In this document: piece by piece, positions 1-12,689 of the stretch
Numbering within the stretch: position 1 is the stretch's first letter
Layout of the letters: each line of letters begins with the position of its first letter
NCBI GenBank assembly: GCA_964016885.1
Contig: OZ024741.1
Span: 212,102,001-212,166,000, forward strand
Direction of reading: 5' to 3'
DNA from: Eledone cirrhosa
Taxonomy: Eukaryota
DNA: 64,000 bases
Notes under the pieces: generated by a model
What the model was told of the DNA's origin: nothing
What the model saw: only the letters and a program-made list of their open reading frames with translations
Database searches by the model: none
Program-made: the position numbers and the translations under genes

Positions 1-581
1 CTCCACCATTATTTTGGTACTGTTGTTGTTGTAGTGGTCAGCTTATATCTTGCTGCTGCTAACAATTTAGAAGTATTAAGTTTGTGTTTTCTCTTCATCC
101 CACCCGCCACCATCGTAGTGGTGGTGGCGGGGGGGGGGGGGGGTTATTTCATGTATATGAAGAAATATAAGGCAATAAATGAAGAAAACAGAAGATAAAT
201 AAATAATATAATAAAATAAAATAATTAATATAATTTGTGTAATTTGAAAATAAATAAATAAATAGAGAATAAAGAATAAAGAGTAAATGAGAGATTGGTG
301 AAAAAGTAATGATAATGTATATGGAGAAGTGAGAAATAATGTAGGATAAAGTGTGTGTGTGTGTGTGCTATAACCAATCTCAAGGTCAGAATATGTTGGA
401 TAGATTGGTATGATACAAGATGTTAAGATGAGATATTCAATGTGTTTGTGTTATAATCTATCTCAACTTAAAATAAATATAAGGTTATACAGTGAAGAGG
501 GCAGAAAACAAATAACAAATTAATATAGAGAAATCAAGATTTAAGATTGGAACTTTAAAATCTAAAGAACTAAAGAAAAGC

Positions 582-1349
582 TTGGCCCGATTGTTCTTTG
601 GAGCACTTGACAAATGCTTCCCGAGGGACCACAGATACCACAGGATCTTCAACAGACACACTGTGAAGCTTTCGTATTCCACCACGAGAAATTTGGCCCA
701 ACACATAGCTAGCATCAACAGAAGTAGGCTTAAAAACCACACACAACCAGAAGATGGCAATACAAACACTCAGCAGAACCATGTGAAAGGAGGGAAGGGG
801 GGACCCAGAGCCCACCCAAGAAACACAAACAGACCCAAGGACCCCCCACCGAGCATGGGGGAAGACCAACATGTAACACATAATGAGAACCCTAATCTAA
901 GCACGCAGAGGCCGCCCACCCTCTGCAACTGTAGAAACCCCGAATCATACCCCCTTGGTAATGAATGTCTCAAGAAGAACATAGTGTACGGTTGTAGGGT
1001 TAAAACCCCCAACTCCGAACACCTCTACATAGGAGCCACATCAACGAGCTTTAAGGACCGCTGGTACAACCATCGCCATTAATTCAAGAAGGAGGCCAAA
1101 AGGAAAAGCACAGCTCTCTCCGACCTGATCTGGAAGCTTAAGCTGGACAGGACCCCATACTCTTTGGCCTGGTACATAATCAGGAAAGTACCACCCGATA
1201 AAGGGGGATCTTGCATATGCAAACTATGCCTGAACGAGACCCTCGAGATACTAAGAGGTGGAAGCGGCCTCATAAACCTCAGAACCGAGTTCTTCGGGAC
1301 ATGCAGACACCTTAGAGCCGGGACCTTTCTCAAAATATATGGACAGTAG
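582..1349 (+). pseudogene. PLE linker plus GIY-YIG endonuclease fragment with one in-frame TAA at 1080-1082
   Basis: Motifs IFNRHTVKLSYS, CNCR..PL..ECL, NIVYGC, YIGATSTSFKDRWYNH, then same frame after the stop: ...LSDLIWKLK...CKLCLNE...LINLRTE...CRH. Homologous to 36149-37903. Confidence 0.9.
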
Positions 1350-2534
1350 CAACACAAGAAGATGTGAACTCCCCTCAAGCTATAGGGACTTCTACAGAAC
1401 ATGAAAACACCTCTCGGCCAGACCTCCCTCAAGCTATATGGACAATTACAACACTCTAGGTTGTGAACTCCCCTCAAGCCATAGGGAACAACCCAGGCGG
1501 AGCAGACACCATGATAGCCTAGAGACAGAATCGGACACAGCCATAATAATCTGGCCAACATCTATAACACAAACACTTTTAATTTACCAGATTTCTGACT
1601 TCAAAGTTCCAATCTTAAATCTTGATTTCTCTATATTAATTTGTTATTTGTTTTCTGCCCTCTTCACTGTATAACCTTATATTTATTTTAAGTTGAGATA
1701 GATTATAACACAAACACATTGAATATCTCATCTTAACATCTTGTATCATACCAATCTATCCAACATATTCTGACCTTGAGATTGGTTATAGCACACACAC
1801 ACACACACTTTATCCTACATTATTTCTCACTTCTCCATATACATTATCATTACTTTTTCACCAATCTCTCATTTACTCTTTATTCTTTATTCTCTATTTA
1901 TTTATTTATTTTCAAATTACACAAATTATATTAATTATTTTATTTTATTATATTATTTATTTATCTTCTGTTTTCTTCATTTATTGCCTTATATTTCTTC
2001 ATATACATGAAATAACCCCCCCCCCCGCCACCACCACTACGATGGTGGCGGGTGGGATGAAGAGAAAACACAAACTTAATACTTCTAAATTGTTAGCAGC
2101 AGCAAGATATAAGCTGACCACTACAACAACAACAGTACCAAAATAATGGTGGAGGTCAAATGTACTGAACAATAGCAGGCATAAACACTACTGGGAGCCT
2201 CACCCCAGAAAGAATTCTATAGACTTCTGACTGAGGAATGCTCTCAGAACTGAACAATGGGAAGTTTGACACATTTTTTGATATTTTGTTCCTTCAACAC
2301 CTTGTCCCTTCTACCATTTTATCAATTTTTAAGCTAACTCCAACAATGACAACACTAATAACTGACCAATGAGAGGAGAAGGGGACCTGTGACACGAAAA
2401 TTCGTTTGTTTGAATTCATATGACTCCAGTTCTCCAGTGAATTAACAACCCAGCAAGGAACTGGGCATATCAGAGTATTGACAATATCATACACCTAAAC
2501 AACATATGTACTTGTCTATACCATACTAATTCAA

Positions 2535-2589
2535 ACTGCCTGAAGAGGTCACAGCCAAAGATGGCTGTCACTGAAATATATATAGCAGT
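2535..2589 (+). ncRNA. Type I hammerhead ribozyme motif
   Basis: actgc CTGAAGA ggtcacagcc-aaagat-ggctgtcact GAAA tatata TA gcagt; palindromic stem III; AATAAA immediately after. Confidence 0.8.
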
Positions 2590-2638
2590 AATAAACGAAG
2601 CTAAATTTTAATCATTTGACTTTTATTTAACTTTATTT

Positions 2639-2641
<3 letters not shown>

Positions 2642-2688
<47 letters not shown>

Positions 2689-2689
2689 C

Positions 2690-2747
<58 letters not shown>

Positions 2748-2757
2748 TATACACATA

Positions 2758-2818
<61 letters not shown>
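2642..2818. repeat. (TA)n microsatellite separating two tail-to-tail PLEs
   Basis: Direct reading. Confidence 0.95.
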
Positions 2819-2821
<3 letters not shown>

Positions 2822-2932
2822 TAAAAGGAATTCCAACTTTGTCTGATTTACTTGTTTTATTTACAATCCTTTAAAATTATAATGATACTATAATGAAATA
2901 GTATGGTAGAATATTGTATGTTAAGTGCCAAT

Positions 2933-2971
2933 TGAACAAGTACTTTCATGCTTTCGCAATCTTCAGGTTCA
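2933..2971 (-). ncRNA. Minimal type I hammerhead-like motif
   Basis: Minus strand: tgaac CTGAAGA ttgc-gaaa-gcat GAAA gtac TT gttca; stem II base is mismatched. Confidence 0.6.
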
Positions 2972-3381
2972 CATTCAGTGGTGACAGTAAAGTTTGCAAT
3001 TTTCAACTGTAATGAGATCGGTAAATTCTGTGCCTTATATACAGTAAAAAGGGGCTACAGAATGCTAAGTTTTGCAAACTGTATATCGACCAATTGGTGT
3101 GCAGTTTCACTAGATTACTAAAGCTGATTGGTTTAGGCGTTACGGTTGGTTGAGCATGTCTAACGACTTCTATTTGACAATATCCAAAGCATCAATTGTT
3201 TTGCTATTTTTAGAAATGATGAAAATAGCATTTTCTAGGGTTTTTATAAAAAATCTTCAGTAATCATCACCATCACTTTTATTATTATTATTATTATTAT
3301 TATTGTTGTTGTTGTTGTTAGTGGTGGTAGTCAACATGGTCGTAGGCGTAGTCATAGTAGAAACAATACCCCTAAGCATTA

Positions 3382-5600
3382 TTATTGTTCATTTAGCTTG
3401 GGTTGGAATTTATCAATAAAATTCTTTTCTTTAATTTTTCTCTTGATTTCACTTGTGCTGTGTAATTTGTAGAATGGAAATATTATAAATATTTTTTGAC
3501 CACATGTTGCTAGATGGTTACTCAGGGGTATTTGACGGACATTTGGGTCTCTGATTTGCTGTCGGTGCACCCGTGCACGTTCCGATACTGCATTTCCAGT
3601 TTGACCGACATATAATTCTTCACAATTCGGGCATTTAATGCAGTAAATTAGATTTCTGCTTTTGTAGTTCATATTTACATTTGGGAATATTTTTCCAGTT
3701 TTTGTGTTCATATAATGACCAGTGTGTATGGATTGACATGTGCCACATCGACTATCATTTATTTAGATACAGTGAATGATTGATCTTTGTTGTTAAGGTC
3801 AAACTTTGCCTTTGTTAGTAATTGCTTCAAATGTTTCGGCTGTCTTTTACTAAGAGTCAAAGATCGGTCTGTGATTAAACCTTTTAATTCATTACTTTGA
3901 GCAATGATCGGTAGGTTTGCTTTGGCAGTGTTGAAGATATTCTGGTGACATAGGTTGTGAGTCATTATAAATTTTATGACCAGTTCTTGGTTTCTTCTTC
4001 CTTGGGTTGTCCTAAGTTTTTGTATAGGTATTTTTATAGCTCGCTGTATGCCATTTTCTATAAGTAGAGATAGGTATTTTTGTTTGAGCAAAAATTCTCT
4101 CAGTTATTTCAGGCGTTTGTACCTGGTATTCGTATCTTCTACAATGGTACAAATTCTTCTGGCTAGGCAGTATGGGATCTTGCGTTTTGTATGAGGTGGA
4201 TGGCACGTCTTAAAATTCAGATATCGATGGGTGTTTGTGTGTTTATAGTATATATCCTTGGTAATGGTTGTGTCGTATTTGATTACCATTATATCTAGGA
4301 ATGGTAATTTGGTACTACTCATCTCTTTTGTGAATTGGAGAGATGGGTGTGCGTTATTCAGGAGGGTATTGAACTCATCCAGAGTATCTAGAGATTCTGT
4401 CCAGATGATGAAACAGTCGTCAAGGTATCTCTTCCAAGACTTTTCAATGTACTTTCTAAATTCAGTGCTATATTTTTCCTCTATTTCTTGGTAGAGTTGT
4501 TGTTCTAAGTATCCACTTACAGAGTTCGCGTAAACGGGAGCAATCTTCGTTCCCATCGCTGTGCCTCTAATTTGGATGTATTTCTTTCCATTGAAGAAGA
4601 AAGTGTTGTTTTCCAGAATAATTTTGACTGCGTCTAATATAAATGGCGCTGTGAATCTGGTGGGATTCACTTCTCTATGTTTTTCCACCCAGTATTTAAC
4701 CGCCTTTATTCCTAAATCATGTGTAATGTTGGTGTAAAGTCTTTCCACATCAAAACTAAGTAGAAGTGAATTCGTTTCCGTGGTTTTGGGAAGATGGGAC
4801 AGGAAGTCGATATCATCCCGGATGAAACAGGGTATGTGAATACACAGTGGTTTCAAAATAATGTCAACAAAATTGCTTAGACGGTGGGTAGGGCATGTTG
4901 AACCAGCTATAATAGGTCTAAGTTTTAAGTCTTTTGGGTGTAGTAATTTAATGTACTCACTTTGTTGTTCTTTTACTGCCAGTTGGATTTCTTTTGACTT
5001 ATGAACTTTCGGTGGGTCATACAGGTTGCTGGGTTTGGGCTAAAAATTGGTGATATAATCTCTTTCCTTATCAGTAAGTGAGTTATAGTATTTTGAAGCC
5101 AGGTTATTGAACTTCTTCATGATGTTGTGGTCTATATTTGACGGTATTTCATGATAGAATGCTGTGTCTTTCAATTGTTTCTCAACCAAATCTTTGTAGT
5201 ATTCAGCATCCATTATAACAATTGCATCCCCTTTATCTGCTTGTTTAATTATTATTGTTTTATCGTTTTGTATACGTTTAAGTGCAGACATTTTTGATTT
5301 GTTAATGTTTGGCTCGACATTAGTATTACGTCTAAGAGGAAATTTTGACATCAATGTATTGGCCAAGATAGATATTTCTTCCTTTTGGCGGAGCGAAATT
5401 TGATGATTTATTCTTTACTAGTGATTCATCACTCTCATTACTTTTATCAGCGAAGAATTCTACAAGACGTAATTTTCGACAGAATTCTTGGGTATCCTCC
5501 TTCAGTTCTTGGTGGTTGACAGTTGGAGTCGGTGTGAATTTCAGTCCTTTTGACAGAATTTGCATTTCATCATTGTCAAGATCTCTTTTGGATAAATTAA
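3382..5600 (-). pseudogene. PLE RT plus GIY-YIG endonuclease with several stops and frameshifts
   Basis: LSKGLKFTPT, IKQADKG, LRPIIAG, SFDVERLYTNI, GTAMGTKIAP, RYLDD, LPFLD, CHPPHTK, NLIYCIKC..C...YVGQTG across ORFs 5332-5565, 5040-5366, 4104-4856, 3759-4091, 3382-3711. Confidence 0.92.
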
Positions 5601-7082
5601 TTATTTTAGGATCTACGTGTTCAGTTGTTTTGAGTATGTTTCCTCCTGGAGTTTTTCTTTTTCCGGTTTTTGTTGTCCTGACGTTAAAAAATGTATTTTT
5701 CTCTGTTCAGGATTTATATTCCTGTTGGTGTTTGCTTGATGAACTTTTGGTCGTGATATTATACTTAGTTTCGTCCTATTTTTGGTATTACGTATATTAT
5801 GGTATTACGTATTTTTGGTATTACGTATATTTTGGTATTACGTATATTATTTTTCCATTTTTCGTTAGCATTATTTTTAACAATCTAGGAAAATGACCTA
5901 GGTTTGCTTTCAGGTTTAGATCGTTTTTTCGTCCAGTTTCTTGTGGGTAATCTCTGTTGAGATCTTGAGAGTGATCTGGTTATTCTACAGTTTTTTTCCC
6001 CGTTCCTTGTGGGTAGTCTCTGTTGAGATCTTATATGTATGTATGTATATTTATATGTATGTATGTATGCGTGTTTAAATTTATGTATTTGTATTTATGT
6101 CCCGTTAGCTACGGTTCGACAACATATACAACGATGACATAAAAACTTGCGTCGATATTATCGACTGAAAAAAGACGCTGTTCCAGCCTGGCCTCAGTCT
6201 AATGATTGAATCTATTAAAAATAGAAAATTCTGAAATTCTGGCTCAAACTTACACGTAACGGAGCGCAGCCAAATCGTTTTCCGAACCGGGGTCGTGTAT
6301 GGCCCAGTGATTAGGGTGCTGGTTTCGAGATGATACGGTAGTAGATTCGACATCTTGATTGGGTAGGTTATTACATCGAATGTTAGGCTTACGAAGATAA
6401 GATCGAAGTTTTAGATTTCTAGATGGGGTGGTGCGTTGAGCTCTTGACTATGACGATTTATTTTAGGTCGCCCCACCACCACAACAACCACCAAAAACCA
6501 CAACAACACTACCACCAAAAACGACACAAACACCACCTCCAAAGACCACAAAACTACCACCACCAAAAACAACGAAACCACCTCCATTGCTACCACCGCC
6601 GCCATATATACATGCACTCATTGAGTATGTAAGTATGTTTATTATACTACCACTACTACCACTACCTCCACCATTAACACTACCACCGCCTCCGCTAGCA
6701 GCCTTACTATTAACGGCTCTACTACTAGCACCGCCACCAAGAATCTCCCTCTACCACCACCACCACCACCAATACCCCACCACCGCCACCAAGACCCCAC
6801 CACCATCATCAATACAACACAATGCAGTAGACATACATCAATACAATTATTGATATTAAAGTGTTATATTTTATGACGAAATATGATGAAATATTCCATT
6901 TAAACACGAAGGTCTGTTTTAATATCGTCTTCTGCGACAATTCAATCGGGAAAATGTCCAATGTTGCACAAATAACAATTACTTTAACATGCCTCTCCCT
7001 CTCTCTCGTTGTGGCTCTCTTTCACTCCCTTTCTCTCTCTCTCTCTTTATATATATATCTGTTTATATCTCTCTGTATTACA

Positions 7083-7201
<119 letters not shown>

Positions 7202-7287
7202 AGAGAGAGAGCGAGAGAGAGAGATTTATCTCTCTCTCTCTCTCTCACACATATATACTTGCATATATATACTTGCATATATATACA

Positions 7288-7348
<61 letters not shown>

Positions 7349-7363
7349 ATGCATGCATATATA

Positions 7364-7398
<35 letters not shown>

Positions 7399-7513
7399 CT
7401 CTCTCTGTATCATTCTTTCTCCTTATCTCTGTCTCTCTCTCGCTTTCTTTGTGTCAGGAACGTGATGTTGTAGACAATAATTTATTGTACAACAGGATTA
7501 GGTCAATATGGGC

Positions 7514-7548
<35 letters not shown>

Positions 7549-7804
7549 TGTGTGTGTGTAAAAATAAAATGCTAAAAGCACCCGAAATTATGAAGTATAA
7601 TGAAGATATATATATTAGTTTCATGCTTGATGTAGTAGGAAAAGTGTTAACGTTTCAGACGCTAATCGTTCCAACAGAAAACAGAAAGAGAAATTAAATA
7701 CCGTATGTGCATGTATATGTATGTATATAAATGTATGCGTTTATTTGTGTGAGATTACAGCTTAACATGCGTCCAAGGAGAGAATATATATATATATATA
7801 TATA

Positions 7805-8060
7805 GGACCGGAAATCGCTCTGTATAATCAGCTCCTGTTTATTACTGGAATTCTATAAGAATCCAGCTTCAATAATGTTCGGAGAAAGCAGGGAGTGCGT
7901 GGCTCTGATGAACGCCAACCAGCGTGAAACGGACTGTCATCTTCCCTCCCTTCTTTCGCCGAAAAGAAGTAAGTGACAAAGGTCACTACTTTAAAACTGA
8001 TAGCGTAGGGTCTTCTAAATTTTTTAAATTAAACATACGGTATATTACCAAATATATTGT
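7805..8060 (+). mobile_element. Non-coding HHR-carrying element, family R1 (diverged copy)
   Basis: Colinear similarity to the unit at 56055-56741; begins at a (TA)n tract. Confidence 0.7.
7901..7942 (+). ncRNA. Type I hammerhead motif, canonical C3-G8 core
   Basis: ggct CTGATGA acgc-caacca-gcgt GAAA cggact GTC atct. Confidence 0.7.
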
Positions 8061-8277
8061 ACATACATTCATATATATATGTTTACTATGCGTAAAGTTC
8101 TATAAATGTGATCGTACACGAAGTTTTTAAACATTATCACTAATTAGTAATAACACGTCGGGCTTGTGCTAGCTGGAAATAAACTTTCAATAAAAATCTA
8201 TTGTTTACAAAACATAATTTATTAGGTTGAAACATTTTGTGAAGTGTAGAATAGAGTGTACTATTAGAAGGTTATAG

Positions 8278-8456
8278 GGTGGTGGATTGGCAGTATCGGT
8301 AGAGCGTCAGATGCCATGCATTGCAGCATGGAGTTATGGCCCTTTATGTTCTGAGATTAAATCCCGCCGAGGTTAACTTTGCCTTCCATCCTTACGGGGT
8401 GATATAAAATAAAGTACCAGTGGAATAATTGCTGGCCTTGTGTCAAAATTAGAAAT
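8278..8456 (+). mobile_element. tRNA-derived SINE, family S1
   Basis: tggcagtatcggtaga (A-box-like), B-box-like segment, shared body ctttgcc.ttcatccttacggggt found in more than 12 copies in the window. Confidence 0.8.
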
Positions 8457-9105
8457 AAAATAAAATAAAATTGATATAAAATAAAGTACCAGTGGAATAA
8501 TTGCTGGCCTTGTGTCAAAATTAGAAATAAAATAAAATAAAATTGATATAAAATAAAGTACCACTGGAATAATTGCTGGCCTTGTGTCAAAATTAGAAAT
8601 AAAATAAAATAAAATTGATATAAAATAAAGTACCACTGGAATAATTGCTGGCCTTGTGTCAAAATTAGAAATAAAATAAAATAAAATTGATATAAAATAA
8701 AGTACCAGTGGAATAATTGCTGGCCTTGTGTCAAAATTAGAAATAAAATAAAATAAAATTGATATAAAATAAAGTACCACTGGAATAATTGCTGGCCTTG
8801 TGTCAAAATTAGAAATAAAATAAAATAAAATTGATATAAAATAAAGTACCAGTGGAATAATTGCTGGCCTTGTGTCAAAATTAGAAATAAAATAAAATAA
8901 AATTGATATAAAATAAAGTACCACTGGAATAATTGCTGGCCTTGTGTCAAAATTAGAAATAAAATAAAATAAAATTGATATAAAATAAAGTACCACTGGA
9001 ATAATTGCTGGCCTTGTGTCAAAATTAGAAATAAAATAAAATAAAATTGATATAAAATAAAGTACCACTGGAATAATTGCTGGCCTTGTGTCAAAATTAG
9101 AAATA
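8401..9105. repeat. 72-bp tandem repeat, about 9.8 copies, derived from the SINE 3' end
   Basis: Units start at 8401, 8473, 8545 ... 9049; identical except acca[G/C]tgg. Confidence 0.95.
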
Positions 9106-9616
9106 ATAATTAGAAGACGACAGTTATTAAATGCTAAAAATATGATAAGAAAGTTGTTGGAATTGTATATTGGAGATATTTAAAGGTCTTTATATTTCGG
9201 GGAAAATTCCCCTCATCATAAGAATAATAGAATAAACCAATTTGGAATATATTATGTTGTGCTGAACATAAACTGCCATTTTTCAATTTAAAAAATGCTT
9301 TTATTTCCAACGGTATGTGGTGAATGGATTACATGGTGTGTGTTCTAAGCTATGTTCTGGCCTACACTATGGTTATATTTAGTTTTGAAGAAGAATGAAG
9401 CGTAGTATTAAATAGATTGGCAGCACGATCAGAACACTAGACCTCCGTATCATAAAACACCTCAACACACACGAACCTCCTTTCAGAAACACAAATAACG
9501 GTCCGTACACAAATACAAATATTTTTCTTTCTATACCCACACACCCACACACATATATACGTTTGTGTATGTGTTACTGTGTGCATCTCTCTCTCTCTCC
9601 CCTCTCTCTCTCTCTG

Positions 9617-9660
<44 letters not shown>

Positions 9661-9663
<3 letters not shown>

Positions 9664-9856
9664 CGAAGGAAGTGTGGTAAGTAACCAGGTGGACCATAAC
9701 GCACCAAAGTACTCGATACTAGGTAGCAGAGTGGGTAATAGGAAAAGAGTCAGGACCCCGACGGCTCAGCTCTTACCGTACCGATAGCTAGGTTTGAACG
9801 TTCAGACCTAGCTGTCGAAACGGACGGAGCTCAACCGGCGGGGTCCTGACTCTTTT

Positions 9857-9860
<4 letters not shown>
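9661..9860. mobile_element. Fold-back mini-element made of two inverted PLE termini
   Basis: taggaaaagagtcaggacccc ... ggggtcctgactcttttccta arms; (TA)n on both sides; related to 15716-15905, 47647-48856 and 53521-53662. Confidence 0.7.
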
Positions 9861-9906
<46 letters not shown>

Positions 9907-10289
9907 CAATATGGTGGCTGCAAACTCGTTTTCGAGTACGGTCACTACTTTATATCCATGTAGGAGAAACCCTACCGAAGCGCTGAACAAGTGTGACCTT
10001 TTAGTCCAGCCGGCGACTTGAAAACTCTGGTACAAACACTACACTTGTGACAATTATTGACACATAGTGCTGGGCCCATGGTACCATGTGATGACAAGTG
10101 CAGAGAGATCTCCAGATCACGCCTTTGCCGTGAAGCTCTTATAGTGAGCAAAGGCACTGCACAAAGCCAGTCCCACTGTCTTAACCAATATGATATTTAC
10201 CAAAAAGAAGAGCAAGTCAACATCATTGGATACCATCACGTTTGCAGGTGTTATATCAGAGTTTTCCTTCTCCTAGAATGTCGTATAAC

Positions 10290-10503
10290 CGGAAGTGTTG
10301 ACATTTGAAAATTTTAAAGAAGTGAATATTTAAATAAACGATAAAATATCTTTAATCTTTTAACGAATTTTAGAAGACAAAAATACCCTCACTTTTTTAC
10401 TTGGAAAAAGTTACAACTATGGTGCAAATTTGGTGCTTTTTGGTCCAGCCGTTTGTCGAAAATTTTGTTACATACATACGGCCATCAGCTTTATAATATA
10501 GAT
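10290..10503 (-). mobile_element. Probable non-autonomous Helitron 5' end
   Basis: Minus strand starts a|TCTATATTATAAAG...gtatgtatgt...aaacggctggacc, similar in style to the element at 46143; 3' end not found. Confidence 0.4.
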
Positions 10504-11029
10504 ATGACTAGACCGATCCATTGAATTACACATATAACGCGCCTTTGCCAACCTAATAAACTGGAAAAATGTGAAATAAAATGTCTTGCTCAAGGACACA
10601 ATGAACCGCCGGGAATTAAACTTACTAGCTTCCAATCGTCAGCTAAACACACTAACCATTTAGGCACACGACTTCATATTGCTGAATACATTCACGTTGT
10701 AAAGTAAAGCTACCCCGTATTAAGTATGCAGTGACTATGTATACAGAATGATTATACACGCGCGGTGAAGCTGCCCTGATTGACACGGAACAGTTAAAAT
10801 ATATATAAAGTCAGATTAGTGATGTCAGAACGAAATATATCTCTGCAAATATTTACCAATTATGTCTTCGCTAGAAATATGATGGAACGTATCACTAAAT
10901 AAATATTACATCGATTAGGAAGGCTTTTCTTGATTATATAGGATCGATGTAACTTTGCTCTAGATTTTTACATGGCGACACGTTCCAGAGCTGATTTCAA
11001 TATTTTCACAGTTGGTAAGGTGACGAAAT

Positions 11030-11170
11030 AACCAGTGAATTGGTAGAGTCGTTAGAACGTCGGATAAAATGCTTTATGCTCTCTGAGTTCAAATCCTGCC
11101 GAGGTAAAACTTTGCCTTTCATAATTTTGAGCTCGATAAAAAAAGTACCAGTCTATTACTAGGGTCGATT
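11030..11170 (+). mobile_element. SINE S1, diverged
   Basis: gagttcaaatcctgccgagg...ctttgcctttca...gtaccagt. Confidence 0.7.
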
Positions 11171-11797
11171 CTCCCTTCATATCTCTTTCTCATTTCCTCT
11201 CTCTCACTTTCTATCTTTCTCTGGAAGAAATCTGCTGTACTCAGGCCTGGAGAGGGATGGGCTCCACCAGGCTTTAAAAAAAAGCCCAACAAACGACGTA
11301 TGTCAATACGGCGCCCCTACCACACTATCGGGAGTTACGGGCCCATACCAAGGCGACGAAGTGATACGGTGATTAGAAAGTCAGATAGAATAATTCGGCG
11401 TATTCGTTTAGGATCACTGAGTTCAAATCACGCCTATGTATAGAGTCCAGTACTTGGGTCGATCCTTCCTCTTTGTCGGGTTCTCAATTCCTTTCTTTCA
11501 GGAAGAAATTGGCTGTGTCTCACCTGGGGATGGATGGGCCCCGCTAACTTTATATTCCCAAAATATAGTAAATATCACTTCAGTGCGTTAAGATTTCATA
11601 AGGAGTTTTTGACCCATGATTTAGTAAATAAATATTATATCGATTACGAGAAATTTTATTTATTATGTATGATGGATTTTTACTTTGAATTTTTTAACGA
11701 TGCTGGCTTGCTTTCAATGTCATACTTCACAGTAGGTTAGAGAATGGTTTCTCATAACGGCATACAACAAGAGAAGGCAGTAGATAAGAACGATACA

Positions 11798-12010
11798 TGT
11801 CCGAATGGTTAAGAGGATCTCATCGAAATCATAAGGTCACGCGCCGAATCGCCCTGGGTGGAATTTTTAACAAGTGTCATTTACCTTAGACTCGTTTAGT
11901 GGATGAATTTAAGCAGACAGAAACTGTTTGGAAGCCTGTCGGATGGGCTGCAATTGTAATTCGAAGGACTATCCTTATCACATACTGTGTCATGCTGGAT
12001 ACGGGTAAAT
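11798..12010 (+). mobile_element. Second tRNA-derived SINE family (S2), diverged
   Basis: ccgaatggttaagagg head; body similar to 50460-50700 (aaactgtttggaagc, actgtgt.a.g.tg.atctccctga). Confidence 0.5.
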
Positions 12011-12587
12011 TTGTTTATAGAATGCCCAGATACGTAAAATATAATACAAGATGAACTTTAACTCTTATTCAAAAGTCTAGCGTTGTGTGACACTGTGTTA
12101 TGTTGAATCTCCCTGAGGATTAAGTTAAAGGCTACATGTGCGTGTGTAACTCCCAGCCACTCACACTTCAATACAAGACGGACTGTACATATAATACAAA
12201 TTGTACATCAATTTTATAAGCAGGTAGATCCGTTGATCGAACCATTGGAAGGCTCGTCGTCTAAACCGACGAGGACCCATTCTAAATAGAAGTCGAACGA
12301 TAAAATAAGATGATTACAAAATCAAATAAAATGGAAGTAAATAAACAAAGAGTAATATAAATTGTGAAAATCTATTAATTCCCGACCTCTCTCCCTCTCC
12401 CTCACACACACACACACACATTGTATATTTCTCCCCATCTCTCTCTCTCACTGAATATCTCTCCCCAACTCACTATTTCTCTCTCTCTCTCACTCTATAT
12501 CTCTCCCCATCTTACACTTTCTCTCTTTCTCTCTCTTTGTCGCTCTTTCTCACTCTATATTTCTCCCCATCTCACTGTTTCTCTCTC

Positions 12588-12689
<102 letters not shown>

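Larger units (their letters stand above)
1..2641 (+). mobile_element. 5'-truncated Penelope-like element (lineage C type) with inverted copy of its 3' UTR upstream; left arm runs off the window
   Basis: 1-556 is the reverse complement of 1603-2154. Between them lies a GIY-YIG coding fragment. The 3' UTR ends in an HHR, then AATAAA, then (TA)n. Confidence 0.9.
2819..5900 (-). mobile_element. Degenerate Penelope-like element, lineage B (Neptune-like)
   Basis: Broken RT and GIY-YIG frames followed by a 3' UTR with an HHR-like motif ending at (TA)n. 5' boundary uncertain. Confidence 0.85.

Noticed and set aside
1080-1082. Possible selenocysteine or readthrough recoding, as in Naiad PLEs
   Set aside because: The stop is TAA, not TGA, and the endonuclease is C-terminal; a simple nonsense mutation is more likely.
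6470-6815. His-rich and Pro-rich ORFs
   Set aside because: Degenerate (CAC/CAA/CTA)n trinucleotide repeat with no splice or domain support.
8357-9094. 245-aa and 231-aa repetitive ORFs, or a possible CRISPR array
   Set aside because: They are translations of a 72-bp tandem repeat from a SINE tail. There are no unique spacers and no cas genes, and the context is eukaryotic.
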